A stretch of 63,262 bases of DNA, filler included, from Reclinomonas americana ATCC 50394 (Eukaryota): NCBI GenBank assembly GCA_048213135.1. It is 3 parts of 2 records of this genome, joined end to end, with 100 filler letters (N's around TTAATTAATTAA, not from the genome) between each part and the next. Parts side by side here need not be neighbours in the genome. Positions count along the whole stretch, not along the records: positions 25,961 to 55,967 come from PS015106.1; 2 more parts are not named here. One strand, given 5' to 3'. The notes beneath the pieces are model-generated. The model saw nothing but the letters and a program-made list of their open reading frames with translations, ran no database searches and was not told the origin of the DNA. Numbering within the stretch: the first letter of the stretch is position 1; each line of letters begins with the position of its first letter. A program made the position numbers and the translations under genes. Below, one piece after another: positions 39,363-51,572 of the stretch.

Positions 39363-41268
39363 TTATTGGTGATCATGAGTTGTCGATGAACTTTCGTCAT
39401 GATTGCGATCGTCGGCGTCTCCTTCCGGTTTCGAGAACGCACTGCGCATAGGCATCTCTGCCTTTTCTTCGATAACCTTGTGACAGCTGCTCCTCCGTCT
39501 CCTGTCACTTGGTCTCCTGCATCTCCCACTCGCGGCGCCCGCTACGAAAGAAGGCACCAGTGTCATTGAAATTATCCCCATCATCGTCGTCGTCGTCGTC
39601 GTCTTCGGCGTCGTCAAAGGCGAAGCGCCGCTCATTGTCGGCTGACCAGTCACCGCCGGCCGCGTCCATACGACGCGAGTGCAGGCGCATGCTGCCCGGC
39701 GCGTGATCCACGGGTGGAGCACCATACGATTCGGCATACAGGGCGGCGAATCGATGAGCCGCCATGTACAACAGTGCGTCTGTGAAAAACATGTGAACAG
39801 AGAGGGAGAGAGAAGGGGCGAGCGAAGACTGCCCACTGTGCGCATACCGAGCACCCAGATGCCATTCGAGAGCACATTCAGCAGATCGCACAGTTGCTGG
39901 CCGGAGGCCGGAAAGCGGAAAGCCACCCAGTTGCAGAGCGTGGCCAGCTGCGAAAAGATCACCGAGCCCAACACGTACAGCAAGTCGGCCCAAAATGTGC
40001 AGTCGGGCAAGTACTGCGCACCAGCAGCCACAATGAGCGCACGAGCAAGGCGGCGGCGGTGAGACAGAGTGGGTCACACAACAATCAGCTGTCGCCGACG
40101 CAGCAGCTTCGGATCAGCGACTTCGCGACGAATCTCCTCGAGAGTTGGTGGCGGCCGTGATGGTCTCAGACTGCGCGAAAGAATCGTGTGTCAGCGAGAC
40201 GACGATCGGTGAAGGCAGGTACGTGGTTCGTTCGCCACACCGAAAGATCTCGAATCGCACAGGGCAGCCGAGCTGCACTTCGGCTCGATGATTGATGGCC
40301 CAATGAATGAGGCAGCACAACGACACCGGCACGAAAAAGTACGACATGGCCATGTTGAGCGAGTTGTAAAACTCCCTGCATGAGCAGTGTGAAATGACGA
40401 TCGCACAAGTGTGTGGGACACGGAACCGTGCGCAACATCGAGTACCCCGGACGCAGCGACACCAGTGCCAAGTACGTGTAAAACAATTGCGCCACAAAGA
40501 ACCCCAGTGCCGACAGGCCGTACTGCAGCGAGGAGGAGAGATGAGCGGACAGTGGGGAAGGAGTGAGAGAGAGAGAGAGAGATGCACGCAACCCAGTTGA
40601 TGCTCTCCAGCACACGCATGAGCACACTGCTACCTGTGCCACCGCCATACATGGGCCACGGGGCCATTCGCTGCGCCTGCACCGTCTCCAGCAGATACAA
40701 CAGCGTATCCTGTACACGCAATGAGTACGAGCAGCGTAATCCACACTGCGCATGGCCGCACACACCGTCTGGTACACCAGAGTCGCCCAGAAGCTGATGC
40801 CAAGCGACGCAGAGACGCACTGATTCGACCCATCGACACCGCCACCACCACACGCCCAACTGCGCAGGCCACGTTAAACAACAACGAACCACTGAGAGAA
40901 TCGACAGATCGCGCACTTCAACAACGCCGCCAGCGCGCCAAAGCTCGCCGCCACCAGGAACACCACATTGGCCCACCACGACCAGGCAACGCGATCAAAA
41001 AACGACAACTGTGTTGGTGTCAACACGCTCTCTCTCAACTAGAACCATTTTGTGTGGTTGTCAACACACCTGCTCGTCTGCCGAGTGGTGCGCAGGTGGT
41101 GAGGTGGCGTCAAACAGCACCTCCTCGTCGTCGCCACCATTGTCGGCGTCGGGGTCGTCGAGGACGTGCAACGCGTGTGCCGCGCGCAGTGGTGTTGCAG
41201 AGGCGGTCGATCGCTTGGAGTGGGATCGTGGTCGCCAGATGGTGGTGCTGCAGCGTGTGCGCGTCATG
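39363..41268 (-). CDS. Multi-pass membrane protein, possibly YrhK-like repeat family
   Basis: Several hydrophobic exons (YGLSALGFFVAQLFYTY; FWADLLYVLGSVIF; LLNVLSNGIWVLDALLY) joined by plausible GT-AG introns; family assignment is by pattern resemblance only. Confidence 0.55.
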
Positions 41269-41528
41269 CCGACGTAGCGAACCACTTGCGGCTGCAGGGG
41301 CGCTGTGTGTGTGTGAGAAACAGAAGGGAGTGTGTGAGTGTGAGTGAGCACACGCAACCAGGTGACGCCGCATGGGCAAAGGGTGTCGCATGCATGCGTG
41401 TGCTCTTGTCTCCTCTCCTCTTCTGTCGTCGTGGTTGTGGCCACGCGGCGAAAAACGCGAGTTTTTGTGTTCGCGCCCTTTCCGCGGCGGTCATTCGACG
41501 CCCCGTTGTTTGCGGAGAGGATAGTCGA

Positions 41529-41604
41529 AGAGCGGTGGCGAAGCTCGGTCTAACGCACCAGATTAAGGTTCTGGCATTCGCGGGTTCAAATCCCGTCCGC
41601 TCTA
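41529..41604 (+). tRNA. tRNA-Leu(AAG), intronless, with an atypically short (5-nt) variable region
   Basis: AGAGCGG/CCGCTCT acceptor stem + A73; GCG/CGC D-stem; CCAGA-TTAAGGT-TCTGG anticodon arm; CATTC; GCGGG-TTCAAAT-CCCGT T-arm; followed by an oligo-T Pol III terminator. Confidence 0.9.
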
Positions 41605-41608
41605 CTTC

Positions 41609-41614
41609 TTTTTT
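41609..41614 (+). terminator. RNA polymerase III oligo(dT) terminator of the tRNA
   Basis: T-run a few nucleotides after the discriminator base, followed by further T-runs. Confidence 0.75.
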
Positions 41615-42267
41615 GATTTTTATTTCCTTTTTTTCTTTTTCTGACACTGAGTGAGTGAGACGTGCGCAGGCAGAGTGGCTTTTGATTATTNNNNNNNNNN
41701 NNNNNNNNNNNNNNNNNNNNNNNNNNNNNNNNNNNNNNNNNNNNNNNNNNNNNNNNNNNNNNNNNNNNNNNNNNNNNNNNNNNNNNNNNNNNNNNNNNNN
41801 NNNNNNNNNNNNNNNNNNNNNNNNNNNNNNNNNNNNNNNNNNNNNNNNNNNNNNNNNNNNNNNNNNNNNNNNNNNNNNNNNNNNNNNNNNNNNNNNNNNN
41901 NNNNNNNNNNNNNNNNNNNNNNNNNNNNNNNNNNNNNNNNNNNNNNNNNNNNNNNNNNNNNNNNNNNNNNNNNNNNNNNNNNNNNNNNNNNNNNNNNNNN
42001 NNNNNNNNNNNNNNNNNNNNNNNNNNNNNNNNNNNNNNNNNNNNNNNNNNNNNNNNNNNNNNNNNNNNNNNNNNNNNNNNNNNNNNNNNNNNNNNNNNNN
42101 NNNNNNNNNNNNNNNNNNNNNNNNNNNNNNNNNNNNNNNNNNNNNNNNNNNNNNNNNNNNNNNNNNNNNNNNNNNNNNNNNNNNNNNNNNNNNNNNNNNN
42201 NNNNNNNNNNNNNNNNNNNNNNNNNNNNNNNNNNNNNNNNNNNNNNNNNNNNNNNNNNNNNNNNACA

Positions 42268-42342
<75 letters not shown>

Positions 42343-42345
<3 letters not shown>

Positions 42346-44355
42346 GGCGGGCCATCCTCGTCCATGGCCTCATCCTGCACATGCAGTCAGCACTCTCCTC
42401 GCGCGCACTACACACCCTAAGACACCACCACACACACCTCATCGTCCTCGTCTTCCTCGTCCTCCTCTGCTTCGCGTTTCCTCTGCTCCTCCGCAGCTTG
42501 CGTATCGAGGTACGTGGCGTACCGCTCCGTGCACAATGTCCGCAGCCGGGTCGAGAATCGCGCCTGGTTCTGCTTCACGTACAACAGCAGATCCTGAATG
42601 CCAATGGGCACGCGCTCCACGGCCGCAGCTGCTGCCGCGTCGTCCTGCAGCACATTATTTGTCAAAACACCGTGCTGCCCTCTCCCACACACAGAGACGC
42701 ATGCACACCTCGGCTTCGTCCTTCTTTTTCTGCGCCACCGGTGCCGCCAGCAAGTTGGCTCGCGCGCCCAGCGCCGCCTGCAACGCCGACACCGCACCTG
42801 CAGCTTCCTCCTGCCGTGCCAACTCGTCTTTCTCCTGCTTTTTCTTCGCCTCCTCCTGCACATGAATCAACGAATGAGCACACCACTTGCTGAATCCAAA
42901 CAGCAAATCGCTTGTGGCACGCACCTCCGGGTCCTTCTTCTTCTTCTTTTTCTTTGGTCGATCGGCTGCACCGGTGTCAGCATGCACCTCACAATACAAG
43001 CACACAAAACAGCCTCTGCATAAAGCACGAACCCACTGGCAACGACTCCACATGCCTGTCGTAGGCCTCCGCCACCGCCCTCGATCGTTTTCTCAACACC
43101 AATCCCACACGCGCCTCTCTAATTTGGTCCGGATACACATCGGCTCGGTGAGCACACGCGTCGGCCTGCAGTGCCTCTTGTGTGAGTGCGCATTACAACA
43201 ACAACAACAACAAGAGGAGCGCGAGAATGACGCACCAGTCCTTGCAACACATCCTTCAGTCTCTCCTGCAACGCCAGCGACAGGTACTTGACAGTGACAT
43301 CGGGGATGCTCACCACTGAGGGTGCCTCGCGCTTCGCCGTCTCGCGCATGCGATGCAGAATCACCGCACGCGCTTGCGGCGGCAATCCGTCCCCAGTCGT
43401 GTCCACATCACTCACATCAAACGCCGTCCGCCGTGACGCCTGCATTCGCTCCTCCTCCGCCTGCACCATTGATCTCCACGTGAGGACACCACAGCGGATG
43501 GACGCGGCGAAACCAAACACACACACACACACACACACACCTGCACCAACTTGGCATCGACCTCGTACAGCCCACCGTCGTCGTCACTCACCACATCGTC
43601 ATCACCACCGGCTTTCTTCGCCGCCGCACCTGGCGCAGCCGCAGCAGCCGCCGCCGCCGCAGCTGCAGCCGGACCCGCAAACCGTCCCGCCAGCGCCTGC
43701 TTGTACTGCCGAGTCTGCGCCACCAGCTGCTCCGCCAGCGCCGAATGCCCCGAGCTCCTCAGCGTCGCCGCGTACTGGTTCATCGCCTCCTCCGACTGCG
43801 CGAAGCGGTACAAGTGCTCATGCTGCGCGGACACACACAGTCAGCGTTGAAGGGAGAAGCGGATCGCGCGCGAGTGCGACCCACCGTCCACGGCACAGCT
43901 CCCGCTGCTCCCTGCTGCTGCTGCTGCTGCTGCTGCTGTGCTGCAGTCTGTGATCGTGCGGCGGCAAGTGCAGCGGCCGCAGCGGCAGCTGCAGTGGCGG
44001 CTTGTTGCTGCTGCTGCTGCTGCCTCTGTGCCGCGACTGCCGCCGAAGCCGCCGCCACAGCCGCAGAGTTCTGCGCTGCTGACGTGGATGACGTTGTTGC
44101 TGTCGTCGTTGTTGCTGTGGCCTGCTGCTGTTGATGTGTCTTCAGCCACTCGACAATGTACTGTTGTTGTCTCGGCGCCGGCCATGCAAAGTAATTCTGC
44201 GTGCGAGAGATAGTCAGCAGGCGTGCATGTGTGCGTGTGTCAGTGAGGTGAGAAAGACGCACTGGATCGACGGATCCCGGCTGCTGTGCAGCGTACTGCT
44301 GCAAGTACTGAGTCCACCTGGCCAGCCACGCCATGTCCACCCCCGTTGACGCCAT
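42343..44355 (-). CDS. TAF4: TFIID subunit TAF4-like protein (3' end in gap)
   Basis: Histone fold ILHRMRETAKRE...IPDVTVKYLSLALQERLKDVLQGLVRHSR, then ANLLAAPVAQKKK and RVPIGIQDLLLYVKQN resembling the TAF4 conserved C-terminal region; Q/A-rich N-terminus. Confidence 0.7.
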
Positions 44356-44797
44356 TTTGTCGTTCTCCTGTGCGTGCTGCTTGCTCTCTCACACACACAC
44401 ACGCGCGCGCGAACCAGCACACTCGCCACTCGCGATATGCCGCACACTGGGTACGCACGCTCTCTCAAGGCGGCAAAATATAAAACACAAGTGAGGACAG
44501 AGCGTGTCGTGCTCGCACAGTCCACTGTCCATCGTCATTTTTCTCATCTCGTGTGGCTGCGCGTTGGAGGTTTATTGCTGCAAGACAAGAGGTGTGTTGC
44601 CTCTGTGTGTGAACGTTGAGAGAGCGCGCAAGACTCATGTTGCTTCCTGCTGGTTTGCAGTTGTCCTTCACATCCCACACACACACACAGAATGTCATTC
44701 CTCGAGCGAGCGGCCAAGTTGCGCCACACACACACACACACGTACACTCACGCACCTACATGCACGCACGCCTGCAAGATCCGTCTCTGTCTCCGCC

Positions 44798-46571
44798 ATG
44801 TGGCTGAAGTGAATTTGGGCGGGATGTGGGGGTGTTTAGTGCGTTTCTCCCGGCGGCGGTGATCAACCCGATGGAGAGTGAGCGGCTCATTCAAGAGCTG
44901 CGGCAGTTCGAGCTGAAGGACGTGGGCACACCACGGTTTCGTACCTCTTCTTGTGTGTCTTTCCTCGCGCAGCAGCAGCAGCAGTTTGACGCGATGCACA
45001 GTTTCGTGATGCAACTGGAGTGGGTGTCGAAGCTGAATCTGCAGGCGCACCACTCGGCCGCCGTCATGGAGGACGAGTTTGTGGTGGAGCAGCTCATCTC
45101 GCATGACAAGGTGAGTCGGCGACGTGGGGGGGAGGCAGTGAGTGATCCAGGCGCGCGTGGCTGACACGCACACCGNNNNNNNNNNNNNNNNNNNNNNNNN
45201 NNNNNNNNNNNNNNNNNNNNNNNNNNNNNNNNNNNNNNNNNNNNNNNNNNNNNNNNNNNNNNNNNNNNNNNNNNNNNNNNNNNNNNNNNNNNNNNNNNNN
45301 NNNNNNNNNNNNNNNNNNNNNNNNNNNNNNNNNNNNNNNNNNNNNNNNNNNNNNNNNNNNNNNNNNNNNNNNNNNNNNNNNNNNNNNNNNNNNNNNNNNN
45401 NNNNNNNNNNNNNNNNNNNNNNNNNNNNNNNNNNNNNNNNNNNNNNNNNNNNNNNNNNNNNNNNNNNNNNNNNNNNNNNNNNNNNNNNNNNNNNNNNNNN
45501 NNNNNNNNNNNNNNNNNNNNNNNNNNNNNNNNNNNNNNNNNNNNNNNNNNNNNNNNNNNNNNNNNNNNNNNNNNNNNNNNNNNNNNNNNNNNNNNNNNNN
45601 NNNNNNNNNNNNNNNNNNNNNNNNNNNNNNNNNNNNNNNNNNNNNNNNNTGTTTTCTCACTGGAACGGTGCAGATGTTGGAGGAGCAGGAGCAGACGCTG
45701 CGCTTCTCGCTGTGCATGACAGCCATCAATCTCTTGCGGTTCATCACCGACTTTGCGGGCGCGCACGGCTCACTATCGGTGGTACATCGCATGTTGGATA
45801 CGCACGACTTCCCGGTACTGGTCAGCTACCTGCTTGAGGAGCGGCCATGGATGCGACGTGACAATGGCCTGCTGAAGAAGTGGGTGGATGGCGACTGGAA
45901 GAGTGTGGCCGCCGACGACTCTCTGCGTGTGTGCGGCACCGAGGTGCAGGTGCGCTGCAGGGCAATCGGTTGTGGGGAGCTCGTGTGCGCCGCCATGCAT
46001 CCGACTGACCCGATTCTCTCGCAGGTGTGGTTGGCCTTCAACAATCTCATTGTCGATCGAGCCTACAGCAGCAAGTACAAGTACGAACCACCGAAAGCAG
46101 TGTATCACACGGGCACGCAAGTGGATCAACGAAGTGCTGGTGGACCAGATCCCCGTTCTCGTCGACCTGCAGCGAGCGCTGGAGGAGCTGCTGATTATGG
46201 ATCCGGGCATTGGCGACAACTCGAGGCTGATGATGGTGCAACAGGTACGGTGTCGCATCACAAAGAGAGACTCGCACACAACAGTGCTGTCGCTTGTCTT
46301 GTGCGCGTCCAACTCACTGCACGCTCGCGCACAGGTGCCGGAGGTGCGCGATGGATTCATGAAGGTCAACTTCCGCGCCTTTATCGACGAGTACCGAGCG
46401 TGGTTGGCGCGTCTGTCGCCGGACGACAAGCAGCGCGTGTTTACCAGTTTGGCCGACATGTTTGGTGCGTTTGATGTGGACGAGAGTGGTGGTGCTGGTG
46501 CTGGTGAGGCCAAGGGCGGAGCGTCGTCCTCGTCGAAGCCCGGCAAGCAACCGCTGGTGCAGGCGCTGTAA
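44798..46571 (+). CDS. ZMYND10: ZMYND10/BLU-like axonemal dynein assembly factor (internal gap; apparent frameshift near 46088; no MYND finger seen)
   Basis: ESERLIQELRQFELKDVGT...SKLNLQAHH...DEFVVEQLISHDK; LRFITD...HRMLDTHDFPVLVSYLLEERPW; EVQVWLAFNNL; INEVLVDQIPVLVDLQRALEEL match ZMYND10. Start codon uncertain. Confidence 0.85.
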
Positions 46572-46633
46572 TTTGATGGCATGCTGAAAATAGACGGGAT
46601 AGTTCTCACGTACCCATTCCAAGCTACAATTCA

Positions 46634-47680
46634 TTATTCGCCTCCCACCATTAGCAACCGAGGCACCGGGACAGGCAGCATAACATTCGCCGACGCACTC
46701 CGCGGCTGCGATCTCTGGCTGTGCTGCGCGGGAGGCGGTGGTGCTTGTTGCTGGTCAGCAGCAGCTGCTGCTGCTGCTGCTGCAGCTTGCTTGCGTCGAC
46801 GGGTAAGGGGCCCCTTGCTGGCGGTCGGTGGTGTCTCCAGATTCACCGAGGGATCCCACCTTACGCGCTTCGGCGGCGATTCCGATTGAGATCGCCGCAG
46901 CATGCATTTTTCCTCGGCGGCGACAACAGTGACCGGGACGGATCCTGGATCGTAGCCCAGGTGGCGCACCTGCCGGGCCGATTCGGGGGTGACAGTCGGC
47001 TGTGCCACGCCCTCAAACAGGAATTTGCGCGATTGCAGCGTTCGTGGTGGTGGTGGCATGGGAGTTGAAGGCTTGAAGGAGTTTGCGGCGGCAGCGTCGA
47101 CAAACAGGCGACTGCAGCAGGCGCAATTGCGGTGCCGAATGCGGGGTGTGTCGGTGCCAGCGCCGGCGCACGTGTGCTCCTGCGATGGAGGTGGTGGTGG
47201 TGGTGGTGGCGGCACGCTGTCGGCCATTGATTCCAGCGTGATTTGCAGGGGGGTGCCGGCGAGTGTCACGTCCTGCAGCGAGGCGGCATTCATGGCCGCG
47301 TCGTACTCCTGTGAGGTGGAAAGAGGAGGAGGAGCAGGCACGGTCAGACACGAGCGTGTGGGAAGGGGGGAAGGGGGGAAGGGAAAGGGAGAGGGAGCTT
47401 GACCTTGAACACGCAGACAGCATGGCGGAGGCTCTCGCCAGTGGCCGGATCTCTCTTGACGCTGATGGTGTTCGTCAATCCTTCTGCTCAACACAGACAC
47501 GCGTACTTTACACATGGACGCAACAAAAGCTTGTCAATGGTGCCAAACGGTGACAGGATCGCGTAGAAATCAGCCTATAAAAATGCGGATCACATTCAGC
47601 GATGAGTGGCCATGTGATGGTGGAGACGAGCACGCATCGACTCACCTCGGTCAGTGTCTCGCAGGGATGTCTTACTGTGA
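46634..47680 (-). CDS. RRM-domain protein with low-complexity C-terminus (5' exons uncertain)
   Basis: Spliced ISVKRDPATGESLRHAVCVFK|EYDAAMNAASLQDVTLAGTPLQITL resembles the RNP1-containing half of an RRM. Confidence 0.6.
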
Positions 47681-50198
47681 GAATGGAGCATGTCTCTGAG
47701 CAAACAAGAGCGTGTGTGTGTGTGTGTGTGTGGAGAAGAAGAGCGACGCATACCAATCACTCGTCCTCGCATGCGGTTTCTCTACAAAGTGACTCTTTCT
47801 TTCTCTCGCTCTCGTTCTGGTCTACTCTATGGTGGGTGAGGACGTCCGCCCTCTCGCTTTCTGTGTGAGGCCTCTCTTTTGCTCTCGGCACAGGCAATGA
47901 AAACGGGAAGGAACCGGCTCTGTCGCGTTCGAATTCTTCCGTCGCGATTGGTTTCTCCGGGCAGCCAAGTGAGCGCGACCGACAGTTGGGGCTGGTGCTC
48001 TGCGGTCTTTAATGTGCGATCAAAGAAGGCTGTCTGCGTGGACGTCGTGTGCCCAAAGGTGGCGAGAATGAAGCGGTAGCGATGGAGGAGCTTGAGGAAA
48101 CGACAACGAGTGACATGTACATGGTCAATGCGTGTCCGCATTCAAATATCGAAGTCGTGGTGAGGGCGCACCGGCGGTGTGCTTGGTAGTTAAGCGGCGA
48201 ATTGGCAGGCATCGCAGGCAACAGAGGTGTCACGCAGCCAGCGAATCACTCGGCGACTTCACCATCGACGGCTTTGCTTGCCTGATTTGAAACCTCTCAA
48301 ATGCATCTCAGTTCCTTCCCGGACTTGCTTGCACGTTGCCTGGCTTCGTTGGTTTTCCCNNNNNNNNNNNNNNNNNNNNNNNNNNNNNNNNNNNNNNNNN
48401 NNNNNNNNNNNNNNNNNNNNNNNNNNNNNNNNNNNNNNNNNNNNNNNNNNNNNNNNNNNNNNNNNNNNNNNNNNNNNNNNNNNNNNNNNNNNNNNNNNNN
48501 NNNNNNNNNNNNNNNNNNNNNNNNNNNNNNNNNNNNNNNNNNNNNNNNNNNNNNNNNNNNNNNNNNNNNNNNNNNNNNNNNNNNNNNNNNNNNNNNNNNN
48601 NNNNNNNNNNNNNNNNNNNNNNNNNNNNNNNNNNNNNNNNNNNNNNNNNNNNNNNNNNNNNNNNNNNNNNNNNNNNNNNNNNNNNNNNNNNNNNNNNNNN
48701 NNNNNNNNNNNNNNNNNNNNNNNNNNNNNNNNNNNNNNNNNNNNNNNNNNNNNNNNNNNNNNNNNNNNNNNNNNNNNNNNNNNNNNNNNNNNNNNNNNNN
48801 NNNNNNNNNNNNNNNNNNNNNNNNNNNNNNNNNNNNNNNNNNNNNNNNNNNNNNNNNNNNNNNNNNNNNNNNNNNNNNNNNNNNNNNNNNNNNNNNNNNN
48901 NNNNNNNNNNNNNNNNNNNNNNNNNNNNNNNNNNNNNNNNNNNNNNNNNNNNNNNNNNNNNNNNNNNNNNNNNNNNNNNNNNNNNNNNNNNNNNNNNNNN
49001 NNNNNNNNNNNNNNNNNNNNNNNNNNNNNNNNNNNNNNNNNNNNNNNNNNNNNNNNNNNNNNNNNNNNNNNNNNNNNNNNNNNNNNGGATTAGTTAAGTT
49101 GTTGTTGATTGGATCTGCCTTGTCTGATCGCAGCATGCGCCACGCGTCAAGGCAAGGACGCCATATCCACTGGTTAACTACGCTGGGACGCGATGCCGAT
49201 CGCAGTTCTCGACTTGTTCGAAGCTCCGATCGCAAACACAAAATCGAGAAATTTACCAATAACACTGTCTTCGAGACTGGTGTTTATGTTGAGGGTTTGG
49301 GTATGGTTGGCCATGGACTTGGTCATTGTTGTCGGAATTGTGTGTTGCTCAGCAGCTGTACCGGTACCAGCATTCGCGAGTTGCATCTCGAGCTTCCACA
49401 GAATTCGACGGAAACACGCCAATACACACACACGCTACAGCATGCGACTCGTGGGCGACTATGTCATCAACGACAGCGAAACTCCCTGCACATGCATCCA
49501 CGCTCTCCCTCTCACCGACTCCCCACTCGGTACCATCTCTCACTCTCCACGCACAACACACAAACGCACACACTCACGTTCTCATCACTTCGCAGGTGCC
49601 TCATTTGTGTGCGCCGACCTCGACGGCCGTCTCGTCTCTGCTCCTCTCGCGCCTCCACAGTTGCAACACACACGCACACACACTCACTCTCTTGATCTCC
49701 ACCAACATGTCGTTCACAGTGATGATGATGATGATGATGATGGCGATGAGACAATGGAGGTCGACCACTCGCCATCCGCTGCGCCGCCGCACCGCACCNN
49801 NNNNNNNNNNNNNNNNNNNNNNNNNNNNNNNNNNNNNNNNNNNNNNNNNNNNNNNNNNNNNNNNNNNNNNNNNNNNNNNNNNNNNNNNNNNNNNNNNNNN
49901 NNNNNNNNNNNNNNNNNNNNNNNNNNNNNNNNNNNNNNNNNNNNNNNNNNNNNNNNNNNNNNNNNNNNNNNNNNNNNNNNNNNNNNNNNNNNNNNNNNNN
50001 NNNNNNNNNNNNNNNNNNNNNNNNNNNNNNNNNNNNNNNNNNNNNNNNNNNNNNNNNNNNNNNNNNNNNNNNNNNNNNNNNNNNNNNNNNNNNNNNNNNN
50101 NNNNNNNNNNNNNNNNNNNNNNNNNNNNNNNNNNNNNNNNNNNNNNNNNNNNNNNNNTCACGCTCCCTTTCTCCACGCTGACATGCATGCACCACAGC

Positions 50199-51243
50199 GG
50201 GCGACGTGGCACTATTGCACGACCTGAGTGCGGGCGATCACATCAACGACATTGTGTTGCGACCGACGCACACACCTCTGCGCGTGCACTGCTTTGTGGC
50301 CACACAAAATCGCTCTGTTGAACTGCTGTCACTGCTCTCCGAGCCGGTGTGTGTGTGTGTGTGCATGTCACTGTGCATTGCCGTCCACCGTCTTGCTTGC
50401 TTCTCATACTCATCAATTCCCCGCTAATGGCAAAGGACTGTGACGATCCGTCGCCAGTAGCGCGCGTCAGCTCCTTCTCCGGCCACTTTGATCATGTGCG
50501 GGCCATTGATGTGTCGCCGGCGAGTGCGCTGCTGGCCAGCGGCAGCGACGATGCATGTGTGCGGTTGTGGGATGTGGCCACGGGTCAATGCACGGCGGAG
50601 CTGGCCGAGGATGGCGGCGGCCATCACAGCAACGTGCTGGCGTGCAAGTTCCTGTTGTCGGGAGAGGCGGCTGCTGATGCTCCACCGCTGATGGTGAGTG
50701 GCGGGCGCGACCTGCGGTTCCTCATGTGGGATCCACGACGCGGCAAGTCCAAGGTCCACTCGATGGTCTTCACCAGCAGTGTCACCTCGGTAATGGTACG
50801 TCGGAAGCAAGAAGAAAGTTCTCCTTCTTTGTCTCTGCCTCTCCTCTCTCTCACGCCTCTTGTGCTCTCCCAACCAGCCACTCAACAACGCCTCCTCCAC
50901 GGTGGCTGTCGGGTGTGGAGACGGCCTGGTGGCGCTCGTCGATGTGCGCAAGTGGGGAGAGATGGTGGATTCACAGCATGTGGGAAAGCTGTTGGAGTCG
51001 ACGAGTGCGCAGAGTGCGGCCGGCAACGGTGACGCGTCGGCTGTGGGTGGCTTTGCAGTTCGCGCGTTGGTGAGTCCAACACTCACAGGCCAAGCACGTG
51101 CGTGTGTGTATTGCTCACGAGTGCGCGCAGAATGTGGTACCTGGCGACGAGTCGTCCTGCGGCTTGCTGGTGGCGCTCTCCAATGGCCACATATTACACA
51201 TGCAGACCGCAAGTGCAGTGTCCAAGATGGCCGAGTAGAATAA
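50199..51243 (+). CDS. WD40-repeat protein (5' part upstream/in gap)
   Basis: SGHFDHVRAIDVSPASALLASGSDDACVRLWD; HHSNVLACKF...MVSGGRDLRFLMWD; VAVGCGDGLVALVD. Confidence 0.85.
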
Positions 51244-51572
51244 TCCTAGATTAATGAAGAAATGTCAAACGTAGAGGAAAGAAAAATGTGCGTCTGTGCG
51301 TTGCGCGCTTAAACAAGTGTGAACACACTGCTATATTATCGTCACCAACTCGTACGATCATCGCAACAAAAAGGCGTCCACCAACGCGCAACAAGAGAGA
51401 CACACAGTACAAAAGAAATCACTGAACCGAGCAGCTGGCCTCACGGGCACTCGGACGTGGCGAGTGCTCTCCACTCACCAAGCCGAGGCGCACCGGCCCT
51501 GTCGACAGGATTGGCACACATTACACAATAGAGACAGAGAGGAAACATGGAGAGTTATAGGCGCACGGTCCA

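Noticed and set aside
41529-41604. CUN codon reassignment suggested by the odd tRNA
   Set aside because: CTC/CTT/CTG occur at invariant Leu positions in kinesin, CCP and RPL38, and TAA, TAG and TGA all act as stops in well-supported genes; the standard code fits.
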